From: an uncultured Gemmatimonadaceae bacterium
Lineage (GTDB): Bacteria; Gemmatimonadota; Gemmatimonadetes; Gemmatimonadales; Gemmatimonadaceae
Assembly: GCA_963829055.1 (NCBI GenBank)
Contig: CAWHHI010000016.1
Location: forward strand, 320,001-384,000
Length of the DNA: 64,000 nt
Reading direction: 5' to 3'
Position numbers and translations under genes: made by a program. Position 1 is the stretch's first letter; each line of letters opens with the position of its first letter. The notes below the pieces were generated by a model. The model was given only the letters and a program-made list of their open reading frames with translations. It had not been told where the DNA came from and did no database searches. Positions 13,885 through 24,326 of this stretch are shown here, piece by piece.

Positions 13885-13902
13885 TTGTGAAATCATTCAC
13901 AA
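13885..13902. promoter_or_regulatory. Rex operator (ROP)
   Basis: Exact consensus palindrome TTGTGAA-ATCA-TTCACAA directly upstream of rex. Confidence 0.9.
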
Positions 13903-13972
13903 GTTATTCGCGGTGGGAGAAATCGGGAATAGGTAGCCATACCGAACAAAAGCCACATATATATTGGCGCCC

Positions 13973-14978
13973 ATGACGTCAGGCCTCCAACTACGCCCCG
14001 CAGAGCAGGTCCTCGTGTCGCGTGCGAGAGACTTCCTCGCGGCGGGTCCGTCCGACGCGGTCGACCTGATCGCCCACGTCTGTCAGCTGCCGGGACCTCC
14101 GCGGTTTGTGGCGGACCACATGGCCATGGCACTGCTCGCTCCGTGGGAAGAATTCGCGCGTGAGAGCAATGGTCGTTGGAAGCTCGCGTCGGCCGGCGCA
14201 GCGGAGCGCCTACGACGCGCCGTCCGTACCCGCGCCGACCAATGCGCCATTACCGGAAGGGCCGTTGCCGCCGAAGCTCGGCAGACCCCGACGCTCGTCC
14301 GTCCCGTCAGTTCCTCGGCACTCCGCAGCGAGCAGCGTCGCCGATCGCCTCGCGGACCTTTCCTACGTTGTGGTCGATGTCGAGACAACGGGCGGTCAGC
14401 CATACGGGGCCGACCGGATCACGGAGATCGCAGCAGTGATCGTGCAGGGCGGGGAGATCAAGCGCGTGTACGAGACGCTGGTGAACCCGCAGCGACCCAT
14501 TCCGCCCATGGTCACGTCGATCACGAACATCACGTGGAACATGGTCCGGAATGCCCCGACGTTTCGCGACATCGTGCATGACGTGGCAGACGCACTCCGC
14601 GGCCACGTCTTCGTCGCGCATAACGCGGGGTTCGACTGGCGCTTCGTCACCGCCGAGATCGCGCGAGCGACAGGCGAGCGGTTGGAAGGGCGTCAGCTGT
14701 GCACGGTGCGGCTTGCCCGGAGACTGTTACCCCAGTTGTCCCGCCGTTCGCTGGATCACGTGAGTCGGTTCTATGGCGTCGAGAATACGGCACGCCATCG
14801 CGCGGGCGGAGACGCTGTCGCGACCGCTCACTGCCTTCTCCGAATGCTGAAGGACGCGCGAGATCGCGGTTGCCATACGTGGCCCGAGTTGGAGACATTG
14901 CTTCGCACGCCGACGCGCGGCCGTCGCCGCCGGCGCCAGGCAATGCCGCATCCGATGGATCGCGACACGACGGCCTGA
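13973..14978 (+). CDS. DEDDh 3'-5' exonuclease (DNA Pol III epsilon-like) with extra N-terminal domain; frameshift near 14205
   Basis: VVVDVETTG, FVAHNAGFD, HRAGGDA. Confidence 0.88.
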
Positions 14979-15003
14979 TCTTCCCGCACTTGGCACCACT
15001 CGT

Positions 15004-15882
15004 ATGACGACCACACTCGCCCCGCTCGTCGAAACGCTGGCCGTCGGCCGGCTTCGCATTCACACGATTCAGGCGGGCGGGCAGAAGCTCGACGGCGGAG
15101 CAATGTTCGGGGTCGTGCCGAAGCCGCTCTGGGAACGGCGCATTGCGCCGGACGAGCGCAATCGCATCCAGCTCGGCATGCGCTGCGTGTTGATCGAGCA
15201 CGAATCGACGTTGGTCCTCGTCGATACGGGCGCCGGGAACAAGGAGACATCGAAGTTCCACGACATCTACGGCCTCGAGAACGCCGGCGCGAACGGACGG
15301 ACGCTGCTCGAGGACGGGCTGTCGCAGATCGGCGTTAGGCCGGAGGACATCGGGATCGTGATCGACACGCACCTCCATTTCGATCACGCCGGCGGCAACA
15401 CGTACGTCGAAGAGGGCGGGGAGCCGCGGCTGTCATTTCCGAACGCCCGCTACATCGTGCAGCGTGGCGAGTGGGTGTACGCCACGCACCCGAACGAGCG
15501 AACGGCCGGGAGCTACTTCGCCCACAACTACGCGCCGGTCGTCGCCGCCGACCGTTTCGATTTCGTGGACGGCGAGCGGGAGATCGTGCACGGGGTCCGA
15601 GTCGTTCCTACGCCCGGTCATACGCCGTTTCACCAGTCGGTCCTGATCGAGTCCGACGGCGAGACGGCGTTCTACGCGGCGGACCTGGTGCCGACGGCGT
15701 CGCATTTGCCGCTGCCGTGGATCATGGGGTACGACGTCGAACCCCTGGTGACACTGGAGACCAAGCGGGCGATGCTCGGCCACGCGGCCCGGGACGGCTG
15801 GCTGGTGATCTTCGAACACGACGCGAAGGTGGGATCCGGCCGTTTGCGGGTTGACGGCAAGGGCTTCGCCTTGGAGTCTTGA
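15004..15882 (+). CDS. Metallo-beta-lactamase-fold hydrolase (YtnP-like)
   Basis: LDGGAMFGVVPKPLW, THLHFDHAGG, TPGHT, WIMGYD. Confidence 0.9.
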   Translation: MTTTLAPLVETLAVGRLRIHTIQAGGQKLDGGAMFGVVPKPLWERRIAPDERNRIQLGMRCVLIEHESTLVLVDTGAGNKETSKFHDIYGLENAGANGRTLLEDGLSQIGVRPEDIGIVIDTHLHFDHAGGNTYVEEGGEPRLSFPNARYIVQRGEWVYATHPNERTAGSYFAHNYAPVVAADRFDFVDGEREIVHGVRVVPTPGHTPFHQSVLIESDGETAFYAADLVPTASHLPLPWIMGYDVEPLVTLETKRAMLGHAARDGWLVIFEHDAKVGSGRLRVDGKGFALES

Positions 15883-15917
15883 TCCGCCCTCCGCCCTCCG
15901 CCCTCCGCCCTCCGCCC
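15883..15917. repeat. Perfect heptamer array (TCCGCCC)x5
   Basis: Read directly from the sequence after the MBL stop codon. Confidence 0.9.
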
Positions 15918-15969
15918 TCCGGCCGCTGTTGGCCTCCTTCCTACGGCCTCCTTCCTCTGGCCTGGCGCC

Positions 15970-15998
15970 TTGACGATCCGTTCAGGCACTCCTAAGTT
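15970..15998 (+). promoter_or_regulatory. Sigma70-type promoter of infC operon
   Basis: TTGACG-N17-TAAGTT. Confidence 0.6.
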
Positions 15999-16014
15999 AC
16001 GGCCTTACAATGTG

Positions 16015-16153
16015 GTAAGCAGAGCGAAGACGCTCTCACCCTCTGGCCTCGTTAGTCGCCGACCGGCGAGTGCTGCAGGAGTTCTCGAAGCGCGCCAGCC
16101 TCGTCCTGAGGCTGGCGCCTAGCGGGCTCCGTGCGGGGGTCCGCATTTTTTTT
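16015..16153 (+). ncRNA. Putative L20 leader (ribosomal protein autoregulatory element)
   Basis: Upstream of infC-rpmI-rplT; AGAGC-GAAGAC-GCTCT-CACC stem, ends in GTGCGG-GGGT-CCGCA + T8 terminator-like hairpin. Confidence 0.6.
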
Positions 16154-16216
16154 GGCCGTCACCTCGCTGAACTCGCGTTAGGCACACGGCCGCCATTCCT
16201 CTCGAGGAGCACGGTT

Positions 16217-16732
16217 ATTCAGGACAACACGAAGCGCGTCCGCGTCAATCGTCAGATCCGCATCAGCCCCCTCCGCGTCATCGCGGCAGACGGGAGTCAG
16301 ATGGGAATTCTGGATCTGGATGCCGCGCTGGCAGCCGCACAAGAGCAAGGCTTGGATCTGGTCGAAGTAGCGCCAACCGCGCGACCGCCTGTCGTCCGCA
16401 TCATGGACTACGGGAAGTTCAAATTCGAACAGGCCAAGATGGCTCGCCAGGCCAAGAAGAAGCAGCACGTGATCCATCTCAAGGAAGTGAAGTACCGCCC
16501 TGGGATCGAGGAACACGACTTCGAGACAAAGACGCGCCATGCCCGCCGGTTTCTCGGTGAGGGCAATAAGGTCAAGGTCACCCTCATGTTCCGCGGTCGG
16601 CAGATCGCACACCCAGAGCTGGGGAGGGCCGTGGTCGAGCGAGTCGCTGCCGATCTCGCGGATGTCGCGAAGATCGAGAGCGATGCGAAGATGGAAGGAA
16701 AATCGATGACCATGATTCTCACGCCGAAATGA
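16217..16732 (+). CDS. infC: Translation initiation factor IF-3 (ATT start)
   Basis: [44 protein letters not shown] at 16204 followed by ATT at 16217. Confidence 0.95.
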   Translation: MQDNTKRVRVNRQIRISPLRVIAADGSQMGILDLDAALAAAQEQGLDLVEVAPTARPPVVRIMDYGKFKFEQAKMARQAKKKQHVIHLKEVKYRPGIEEHDFETKTRHARRFLGEGNKVKVTLMFRGRQIAHPELGRAVVERVAADLADVAKIESDAKMEGKSMTMILTPK

Positions 16733-16745
16733 GCGAGTGCGCGTT

Positions 16746-16943
16746 ATGCCGAAAATGAAAAGCCACCGCGGAGCGAGAAAGCGCTTCTCGGTGACAGGGA
16801 CGGGCAAGGTGAAGCGCTCCAAAGCGTTCAAGAGCCACATCCTCACGAAGAAAACCTCCAAGCGGAAGCGGAATCTTCGCCGCTCGACGACCGTCGCCAC
16901 GAATGGAGAAGCCAAGAACCTGAAGCGCCTGCTTCTCGCCTAG
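16746..16943 (+). CDS. rpmI: 50S ribosomal protein L35
   Basis: [14 protein letters not shown]...HILTKK. Confidence 0.97.
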   Translation: MPKMKSHRGARKRFSVTGTGKVKRSKAFKSHILTKKTSKRKRNLRRSTTVATNGEAKNLKRLLLA

Positions 16944-16955
16944 GGAGGAACACCG

Positions 16956-17318
16956 ATGCCTCGCGTCAAATCGAACGTCGTGCGCTTGAAGCGCAAAAAG
17001 AAAATCATGAAGGCCGCTCGCGGTGCGTTCGGCGCACGGAGCAAGCTGTGGAGACCGGCCAAGGAGACCGTCGAGCGCGGCTGGCGTTATGCCTATCGCG
17101 ATCGCCGCAACAAGAAGCGCGACTTCCGGAAGCTCTGGATCACGCGCATCAACGCTGCCGCCCATCAGAACGACATGAGCTACAGCGTGTTCATGCACGG
17201 GCTCAAGCAGGCCGGCATCGAAGTCGACCGAAAGATCCTGGCCGACATCGCCGTCCACGACCCGGCGGCGTTTACCACGCTCGTCGACAAGGTGCGGTCG
17301 GCGCTGAGCGCAGCGTGA
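16956..17318 (+). CDS. rplT: 50S ribosomal protein L20
   Basis: MPRVK...[24 protein letters not shown]. Confidence 0.97.
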   Translation: MPRVKSNVVRLKRKKKIMKAARGAFGARSKLWRPAKETVERGWRYAYRDRRNKKRDFRKLWITRINAAAHQNDMSYSVFMHGLKQAGIEVDRKILADIAVHDPAAFTTLVDKVRSALSAA

Positions 17319-17326
17319 TGACAACG

Positions 17327-17474
17327 GGGACTGGGGAATAGGGACTGGGGACTGGAACTCCATCGCCAACGACCGCTCTACAAGCACAGCGGCGGCAGCG
17401 TGACCTAACGTCACTGCTGCCGCCGTTCGCGTTATTGCGTTCCGCCAGTCCCCGCAGTCCCAGTCCCGAGTCCC
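17327..17474. repeat. Composite intergenic element: (GGGACTG)x4, central hairpin, inverted (CAGTCCC)x4
   Basis: Arms at 17327-17354 and 17446-17474; central stem ggcggcagcgtgac-CTAAC-gtcactgctgccgcc. Confidence 0.75.
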
Positions 17475-17479
17475 GATTC

Positions 17480-18502
17480 GTGACCATCCAGGATTATCTC
17501 GACGAAGCCCAGGCGCTCGAGCGCGAGCTCGACGAGCGCTTGCAACAGATCGAGCCCGCGACGCGCATCGATGTCGTGAAGGGCCAGTTGCGTGATTGGC
17601 GCGCACGTCTCGATCAGCTGCAGAAGTCCATCACGACGGTCCCGCCTGACGCGCGGCGCGACGCCGGCATCGCGCTGAATCGCGTTCGCAGCGGCTTCGA
17701 AGATGCGATGGCGCAACGCGAGGCTGCCGCGACCGGCTCTGGAGCGCAGGCCGCGGCCGATCTCACCATGCCCGCGCGCGAGCGTTGGCGCGGCGGCAGA
17801 CACCCCGTCACGCTCGTCATTCGCGAGATCCGCGAGATCTTCCGCGAGCTCGGCTTCACGGTCGCGTTAGGCCCCGAGGCCGAGACCGAGTGGTACAACT
17901 TCGGCGCGCTGAACTTCCCGCCGGACCACCCGGCCATGGATGCGCACGACACGTTGTACCTCGGACCCGGATCGCTGCTGCGGACGCACACATCGCCCGT
18001 GCAGGTGCGCACGATGCAGCGCTGGGCGCCGCCCATTCGCATCCTCGCCCCCGGCAACGTCTATCGCCGCGACTTCTTCGACCCGTCGCACGCTCCGATG
18101 TTCTCGCAGATCGAGGGGCTGTCCGTCGACGAGGGCGTGAGCTTCGTCGATCTCAAGGCGACGCTCACGAACTTCGCGCGACGCTTCTTCGGTACCGCGC
18201 GCACGCGCTTCCGTCCGAGCTACTTCCCGTTCACGGAGCCGTCGGCCGAGATGGACGCGCAGTGCGGCGTGTGTGGTGGCTCGGGATGCCCGACGTGCAA
18301 GGGCACCGGGTGGATCGAGATCCTCGGCAGCGGCATGGTGCATCCGGCTGTGCTCGAGTCGGCGGGCATCGACAGCGAGCGCTACACCGGCTGGGCGTTC
18401 GGCATGGGTCCTGGCCGCATCGCGATGTCGCGTTACGGCATTCCCGACATTCGTCTCCTTTACGATTCCGACGTGCGTTTCCTGGAGCAGCTCGCGCGAT
18501 GA
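17480..18502 (+). CDS. pheS: Phenylalanyl-tRNA synthetase alpha subunit
   Basis: LLRTHTSPVQ, FRPSYFPFTEPS, WIEILGSGMVHP, GWAFGMG. Confidence 0.97.
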   Translation: MTIQDYLDEAQALERELDERLQQIEPATRIDVVKGQLRDWRARLDQLQKSITTVPPDARRDAGIALNRVRSGFEDAMAQREAAATGSGAQAAADLTMPARERWRGGRHPVTLVIREIREIFRELGFTVALGPEAETEWYNFGALNFPPDHPAMDAHDTLYLGPGSLLRTHTSPVQVRTMQRWAPPIRILAPGNVYRRDFFDPSHAPMFSQIEGLSVDEGVSFVDLKATLTNFARRFFGTARTRFRPSYFPFTEPSAEMDAQCGVCGGSGCPTCKGTGWIEILGSGMVHPAVLESAGIDSERYTGWAFGMGPGRIAMSRYGIPDIRLLYDSDVRFLEQLAR

Positions 18503-20982
18503 ACGTTTCGTACAACTGGCTGAAAGATTTCGTCGATATCGACCTGAGCCCGGTCGCGCTCGGTGACCTGATCACGTCGCGAGCCGCTACCGTCGACGCC
18601 GTGGAGTCGCTGCGCGACGATCTCCGGCAGTTCGTCGTCGCGCGTGTCGTCGAGTGTGCACGCCATCCCGACAGCGATCACCTCTCGGTGACGAAGGTGG
18701 ACGCCGGCACTGGCGAGCTGCTCGACGTCGTGTGCGGCGCGCCTAACGTTCAGGCCGGCAAGCTCTACCCGTTCGCGAAGACGGGAACGAAGATGCCCGC
18801 AGGCTTCACGATCGAGCGTCGGAAGATCCGCGGCGCGGTCTCGAACGGGATGCTGTGCTCGGCGCGCGAGATCGGCTTGGGCGAGGAGCAGGACGGCATC
18901 CTCGAGCTCAACGTCGACGTTCCACCCGGGACGCCGCTGCTCGACGCGATTCCGTCGGTCTCCGACGCGCGCCTCGTCGTCGACGTGGGCGCCAACCGAC
19001 CCGATCTACTCTCGCACCTGGGCGTTGCACGCGAGGTCGCCGCGGCCCTCGGCAAACCACTCGAGATGCAGCGCGCCGCGGCCCAGATCGCGAATGCCTC
19101 CCGTCCGCCGGTTCCCATCGGGTCGACCACGCGCACGGGCGTCACGGGCGGCGTCAGCGTCACCATCGAAGACGTGGACGGCTGCCCACGCTATCTCGGA
19201 GCGGTTGTCCGCGGCGTCCGCGTCGGACCAAGCCCGGATTGGCTGGTGCAGCGGCTTGATGGTGCGGGCGTTCGCTCTATCAACAACGTCGTAGACATCA
19301 CGAACTTCATGCTGCTCGGCTTCGGCCAGCCGATGCACGCGTTCGACGCGAAGCGTCTTGCGGGCCCCGCGATCATCGTGCGCCGTGCAAAGGCTGGCGA
19401 GAAGCTCGTAACGCTCGACGGAATCGAACGCTCGCTGACGGAGGACATGTGCGTCATCGCTGACGGCGAGCGCGCACAGGCACTGGCGGGGGTGATGGGC
19501 GGCCGCGACTCCGAAGTCTCGTCCGAGACGACCGACATCTTTCTCGAGGTCGCGTCGTTCAACCCGCGGCGCGTGCGACAGATGCGCCGCGCACTCTCAC
19601 TTTCTACTGAAGCCAGCTATCGCTTCGAGCGTGGTACCGATGCCGCGTCAGCGCCTGAGCGCTTGCAGCAGGCCGTCGCGCTTATCATCGCGCTCGCGGG
19701 AGGGACGGCGGAGCCCGCGGTTGACGTCTATCCGGTGCCGCGCGTCGCAGGGCCGCTCGTTGTCCGCGTCGCACGGGTCAAGCAGGTGCTCGGCGAACCG
19801 ATTCCTGCCGCTCGCATCGTGCAGTTGCTGCGCTCGATCGGATTCGCTGGCGAGGTTCGCCCCGGGACCGAGATGCTCACTGGCAACGAAGAGATTGTCG
19901 TGAGCGCGCCAACGTGGCGGCAGGATATCGTGGCCGAAATCGACGTGATCGAGGAGGTCGCTCGGCTGCACGGCTACGACTCCCTCTCTGATCAGCTGCG
20001 TCCGTTTCGCGTCGGCAATGTTCCCGACGCGCCGAACTTCGATCTGGACTCCCACATCCAGGATATGCTCGCAGGTGAGGGACTGTTCGAGGTCCGTCCC
20101 CTGCCGTTCGTGGCTGGCGACGACGCCACTCACGTCCGCGTCGCGAATCCGCTCGCTGAGAACGAGGGGCACCTCCGCACGTCCATCCTCGAGACGCTCA
20201 CGAGCCGCGCGGAGTTCAATCTGTCGCACATGGAAGGGAACGTGCGCCTGTTCGAAGTGGGTGCCGTGTTCGCGCCTCGGGCAGGATCCGCACTCCCGCT
20301 CGAGCGCAGGAGCGTGGGCGTAATTGTCATGGGCGATCGGCGCCCGCCGCATTTCACCGATCCGAAGCCACCGCGCTACGACCAGTGGGATGCCAAGGCC
20401 CTGGCCGAGAGGCTGGTCGAGGTGGCGGTGCCCGATGCGCGCGCGGTCTTCGTTCCGGCGGACGCTGCGTCGCAGGCGGACGGAGCGCTCTGGACAATCG
20501 AGCTCAATGGCACTGCGCGAGGGACGGTCCGAACGGTGCCGCTCGATGCACCTGTGTGGGCCTCAACAGCCTACGGCATCGAGCTGGACCTGGGTGTCGT
20601 CGAATCGGCGGACGTCGCGGCTCCGGGCAAGTCGATTCATGGACAGACTGCGACATCCCCGCCGCTGAAGCACGCGCAGTTCAAGCCGTTGCCGTCGACG
20701 CCGGCGGCTCAGATCGATCTCGCGCTGCTCGTGCCGGAATCGCTGCAGGCCGCGGAGGTCGAGCGGGTGATCCGGAACAACGGAGGCGACCTGCTGGAGC
20801 GATTGTCGTTGTTCGACGAGTTCCGTGGCCAGGGTCTGCCGGCGGGGACGCGAAGCCTCGCGTGGCGATTGACGTTCCGCGACGCAACGCGCACTCTACG
20901 CGACAAGGAGATCGAAGGCCGCACCAACAAAATCCTACGTGCCCTGGAAGGAGAGCTCGGTGTCCGACAGCGCAGCGCCTGA
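18499..20982 (+). CDS. pheT: Phenylalanyl-tRNA synthetase beta subunit
   Basis: MNVSYNWL, VCGAPNV, SINNVVDITN, ASYRFERG, IEEVARLHGY. Confidence 0.97.
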   Translation: MNVSYNWLKDFVDIDLSPVALGDLITSRAATVDAVESLRDDLRQFVVARVVECARHPDSDHLSVTKVDAGTGELLDVVCGAPNVQAGKLYPFAKTGTKMPAGFTIERRKIRGAVSNGMLCSAREIGLGEEQDGILELNVDVPPGTPLLDAIPSVSDARLVVDVGANRPDLLSHLGVAREVAAALGKPLEMQRAAAQIANASRPPVPIGSTTRTGVTGGVSVTIEDVDGCPRYLGAVVRGVRVGPSPDWLVQRLDGAGVRSINNVVDITNFMLLGFGQPMHAFDAKRLAGPAIIVRRAKAGEKLVTLDGIERSLTEDMCVIADGERAQALAGVMGGRDSEVSSETTDIFLEVASFNPRRVRQMRRALSLSTEASYRFERGTDAASAPERLQQAVALIIALAGGTAEPAVDVYPVPRVAGPLVVRVARVKQVLGEPIPAARIVQLLRSIGFAGEVRPGTEMLTGNEEIVVSAPTWRQDIVAEIDVIEEVARLHGYDSLSDQLRPFRVGNVPDAPNFDLDSHIQDMLAGEGLFEVRPLPFVAGDDATHVRVANPLAENEGHLRTSILETLTSRAEFNLSHMEGNVRLFEVGAVFAPRAGSALPLERRSVGVIVMGDRRPPHFTDPKPPRYDQWDAKALAERLVEVAVPDARAVFVPADAASQADGALWTIELNGTARGTVRTVPLDAPVWASTAYGIELDLGVVESADVAAPGKSIHGQTATSPPLKHAQFKPLPSTPAAQIDLALLVPESLQAAEVERVIRNNGGDLLERLSLFDEFRGQGLPAGTRSLAWRLTFRDATRTLRDKEIEGRTNKILRALEGELGVRQRSA

Positions 20983-21262
20983 CCTGGGGTCGTTCCACGA
21001 ACTGGAGCAGCTCGTCCGCAACCTCGGCGACGAGCTCGCGGGTTTTCGCAGGCGAGCGCTTTCCGCCGAGACCCGGCTCAGGGCGCTCGAGGCGATGAAT
21101 GGCCCTGCCGATCTCTTCTCGCACGAGCGTCTCGCTGCCGCCGAGCAGGAGAACGCGGACCTGAAGCGCCGACTGGCGGCCGCGACCGAGCGCACCAATC
21201 AGGTCGTGGCCCAGCTGCGCTTTCTTCGCCAACAGCACGAGCGGGCCGGGAGCGATCGATGA
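20960..21262 (+). CDS. Coiled-coil protein, ZapB-like
   Basis: Short coiled coil between pheT and zapA. Confidence 0.6.
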   Translation: MSDSAAPDLGSFHELEQLVRNLGDELAGFRRRALSAETRLRALEAMNGPADLFSHERLAAAEQENADLKRRLAAATERTNQVVAQLRFLRQQHERAGSDR

Positions 21263-21564
21263 GCGAGAAGCGCAGTTCGGTGAAGGTGACGATCGTGGGG
21301 CAGGAGCTGACTATCCGCAGCGAAGCCAGCCCTGAGCACACGCGCGACGTGGCGGCATACGTCGACAAGACGATCCGTGGGATCATGAATGCCGGCGCTG
21401 CCGTGGAGTCCAGCCGAGCCGCGATTCTCGCCGCGCTTCAGATCACTGATGAGCTGTTCCGTGCGCGCGCTGCTCAGCGAGAGCTCGACGAGTCAATGCA
21501 ATCGCTCAGCTCCGAGGTCCGCCGCTGGCTTCCTCCAGCCAAGCGAGCCGGCACCGCCGGCTGA
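21259..21564 (+). CDS. zapA: Cell division protein ZapA
   Basis: VKVTIVGQELTIRS...VAAYVD...AAILAALQITDELF. Confidence 0.9.
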   Translation: MSEKRSSVKVTIVGQELTIRSEASPEHTRDVAAYVDKTIRGIMNAGAAVESSRAAILAALQITDELFRARAAQRELDESMQSLSSEVRRWLPPAKRAGTAG

Positions 21565-21790
21565 AGGACCCTGTCAGCCCCTGATGCCGACGCGGAACGC
21601 GACAGTTCGCACCGGCGCGCGTTAGGGCGCGATTGCGCTCGGGCCCAGCGCAGGGTAGCTTCTCGCAAGCGACCAGTCGAGCTGTAGGTCCAAGTACCCT
21701 TTGCAGTTAGGCCGTCCCATCCCGCGCCCTTCGCCGGTGCCGGCTCGGATTGCCCCTGTATCGGGAGACCACAGCGCGCAGTGGTTCCCT
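21565..21790 (+). ncRNA. ssrS: Putative 6S RNA
   Basis: Typical zapA-6S-rny position; long rod pairing (gcaccggcg/cgccggtgc, agggcgcg/cgcgccct) with a bubble and closing stem; ends approximate. Confidence 0.7.
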
Positions 21791-21831
21791 TTATCTCCTC
21801 GGCACTAGCCGGGGTGGAGCATAGATCAAAC

Positions 21832-23419
21832 ATGAATTCAACGGCACTCAGTGCTGCGCTCGGCGTATTGGTCATAATCGCCTCCGCAGCCTTTTTCTTT
21901 TTTGGGAAACGTCTGGGCCACGCAGCGGAACGCCAGGCGCAGGCACTTGCGAAGGGAACCGCTGAACAGACCGCAACGCGCATCGTCGGCGAAGCCGAGC
22001 GCGAAGCGGAATCACTGCGGAAGAGCGCAGTGATCTCGGGTAAGGAAGAACTGATCAAGCTCCGCGAAAACTGGGAGGTCGAAGCGCGACGTCGCCGCGA
22101 GGAAGTGGAACGCGAAGAGAAGCGCGTCCAGGACCGCGAGGCTGTGCTCGACCGGAAGTTCGACGTCCTCGAAGGACGCGAGAAGGATGTTGGCCGACGC
22201 GGCAGCGAGCTCGGTCGGAAAGAGAAAACGATCGCCGAACGTGAGCAGGAGCTCGAGCGCTTGATGGGCGAAGAGCGGCGCCGCCTCGAAGTCCTCGCTG
22301 GTATCTCGGCGGAGCAGGCGAAGGCGGAGCTGATTCACCGGCTCGAGGCGGAGGCGGAAGCAGATGCGGCCAACAGGCTGCGAGAGATTCGCGAGAGCGC
22401 CAAACGCAACGCCGAGCGAGAGGCCCGAAAGATTGTCGCCCTCGCCGTTCAGCGTATCGCGGCCGAGCAGACTGCCGAGATCGCGGTCTCGGCGGTGAGC
22501 CTTCCGAACGATGAGATGAAGGGCCGCATCATCGGGCGCGAGGGACGCAACATTCGCGCGTTCGAGCTCGCGACCGGCGTCGATGTCATCATCGACGACA
22601 CGCCGGACACCGTGGTGGTGTCTTGCTTCGATCCGGTGCGCCGCGAAGTGGCGCGACTTGCGCTCGAGAAGCTCGTGTCCGATGGCCGCATTCACCCGGG
22701 TCGCATCGAGGAAGTCGTCAACAAGGCGAAGCGCGAAGTCGAGGTCGGCATCATCGAGACCGGCGAGCAGGCCGCGTATGAAACCGGCGTCACGGGTCTG
22801 CATCCGGAGATCATCAAGCTCATCGGGCGCATGAAGTGGCGCACGAGCTACGGGCAGAACATCCTGGCGCACTCGAAGGAAGTTGCGTTTCTCGCCGGGC
22901 ATCATGGCGGCGGAGCTCGGCCTCGACGTCACGATGGCGAAGCGCGGCGCGCTCCTGCATGACATCGGCAAGGTGCTCACGCACGAACACGAAGGAACGC
23001 ACGTACAGCTTGGCGTCGAGGTGGCAACCAAGTATGGTGAGAACCCGCTCGTGGTGAACTGCATCGCGGCGCACCATGACGACGTTCCGCACGAGAGTGA
23101 AGTGTCGGTGCTCGTTCAGGCCGCTGATGCAATCTCCGGGTCGCGGCCTGGTGCGCGTCGCGAAGCGTTCGAGACGTACGTGAAGCGGCTCGAAGGTCTC
23201 GAGCGCATTGCGTCGAGCTACCGCGGCGTCGAGAAAGTGTTCGCCATTCAGGCTGGGCGAGAGATTCGCATATTGGTCACGCCGGACGATGTCGACGACG
23301 TGCGCATGTCATCGCTGTCCGAGGAGATCGCGCGGCGGATAGAGGCGGAGCTCCAGTATCCTGGACAGATCAAGGTCGTGGTCATTCGCGAGACACGGGC
23401 GGTGGACTTTGCACGCTGA
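21832..23419 (+). CDS. rny: Ribonuclease Y; frameshift near 22895
   Basis: N-terminal TM helix, [13 protein letters not shown] (KH), RTSYGQN, LLHDIGK (HD), AIQAGREIR. Confidence 0.96.
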
Positions 23420-23429
23420 CACGGACACG

Positions 23430-24326
23430 GTGGACACAGCTTCTGCGACGCTCATCGACGGCGCAGCCATCGGGCGGCTCGTGCGCGCCGACGTTGCGCG
23501 CGACGTCGCGCGACTGCAGGCACTCGGCGTCGTACCCGGCCTCACGGTCGTTCTCGTCGGCGACGATCCCGCGAGCGCCGTCTACGTGCGCTCGAAGGGC
23601 AAGGCGTGCGAAGAGGCGGGGATGCACGGCGAGACGATCCGCATGCCCGCCGACGCAACCGAAGAGCAACTGCTCGCGCAGGTCGATGCGCTGAACGACG
23701 ACCCACGGGTGCATGGCATTCTCGTGCAGATGCCGCTCCCGCGTCACATGTCCGCGGACAAGGTTATCCGTCGCATCCGTCCGGAGAAGGACGTCGACGG
23801 CTTTCATCCCGTGAACGTTGGGAAGCTCAGCATTGGCGAGCGTGATGGCTTCGTTCCATGCACGCCCGCGGGTGCCATCGAGCTGCTCGTTCGCAGCGGT
23901 GTGGACACGCGCGGCAAGGATGCCGTCATCGTTGGGCGCAGCAACATCGTCGGGAAGCCGATGGCGGCGCTGCTCATGCAGGACGCACCCGGCGGCAATG
24001 CTACCGTGACCGTGTGTCACAGCCGCACCGTCGATCTCGCGTCGCACACGCGTCGCGCGGACATCCTCGTGGCGGCCATCGGGAAGCCGGAGATGATCAC
24101 CGGCGACATGATCAAGCCAGGCGCTGTGGTCATCGACGTCGGGATCAATCGCGTGAACGACAGCTCGGTGGCGAAAGGCTATCGCATCGTCGGCGACGTG
24201 CATTTCGCGTCCGCGCGCGCGGTCGCGTCGCTGATCACGCCCGTGCCCGGCGGCGTCGGTCCGATGACGATCGCCATGCTCATGCAGAATACCGTTCGCG
24301 CGGCGGCGCAGATCGCCGGCGTGTGA
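23430..24326 (+). CDS. folD: Methylene-THF dehydrogenase/cyclohydrolase
   Basis: [35 protein letters not shown]; start uncertain. Confidence 0.96.
   Translation: MDTASATLIDGAAIGRLVRADVARDVARLQALGVVPGLTVVLVGDDPASAVYVRSKGKACEEAGMHGETIRMPADATEEQLLAQVDALNDDPRVHGILVQMPLPRHMSADKVIRRIRPEKDVDGFHPVNVGKLSIGERDGFVPCTPAGAIELLVRSGVDTRGKDAVIVGRSNIVGKPMAALLMQDAPGGNATVTVCHSRTVDLASHTRRADILVAAIGKPEMITGDMIKPGAVVIDVGINRVNDSSVAKGYRIVGDVHFASARAVASLITPVPGGVGPMTIAMLMQNTVRAAAQIAGV

Noticed and set aside
17319..17479. T-box or pheM-type attenuator before pheS
   Set aside because: No T-box consensus, Phe-rich leader peptide or U-tract terminator.
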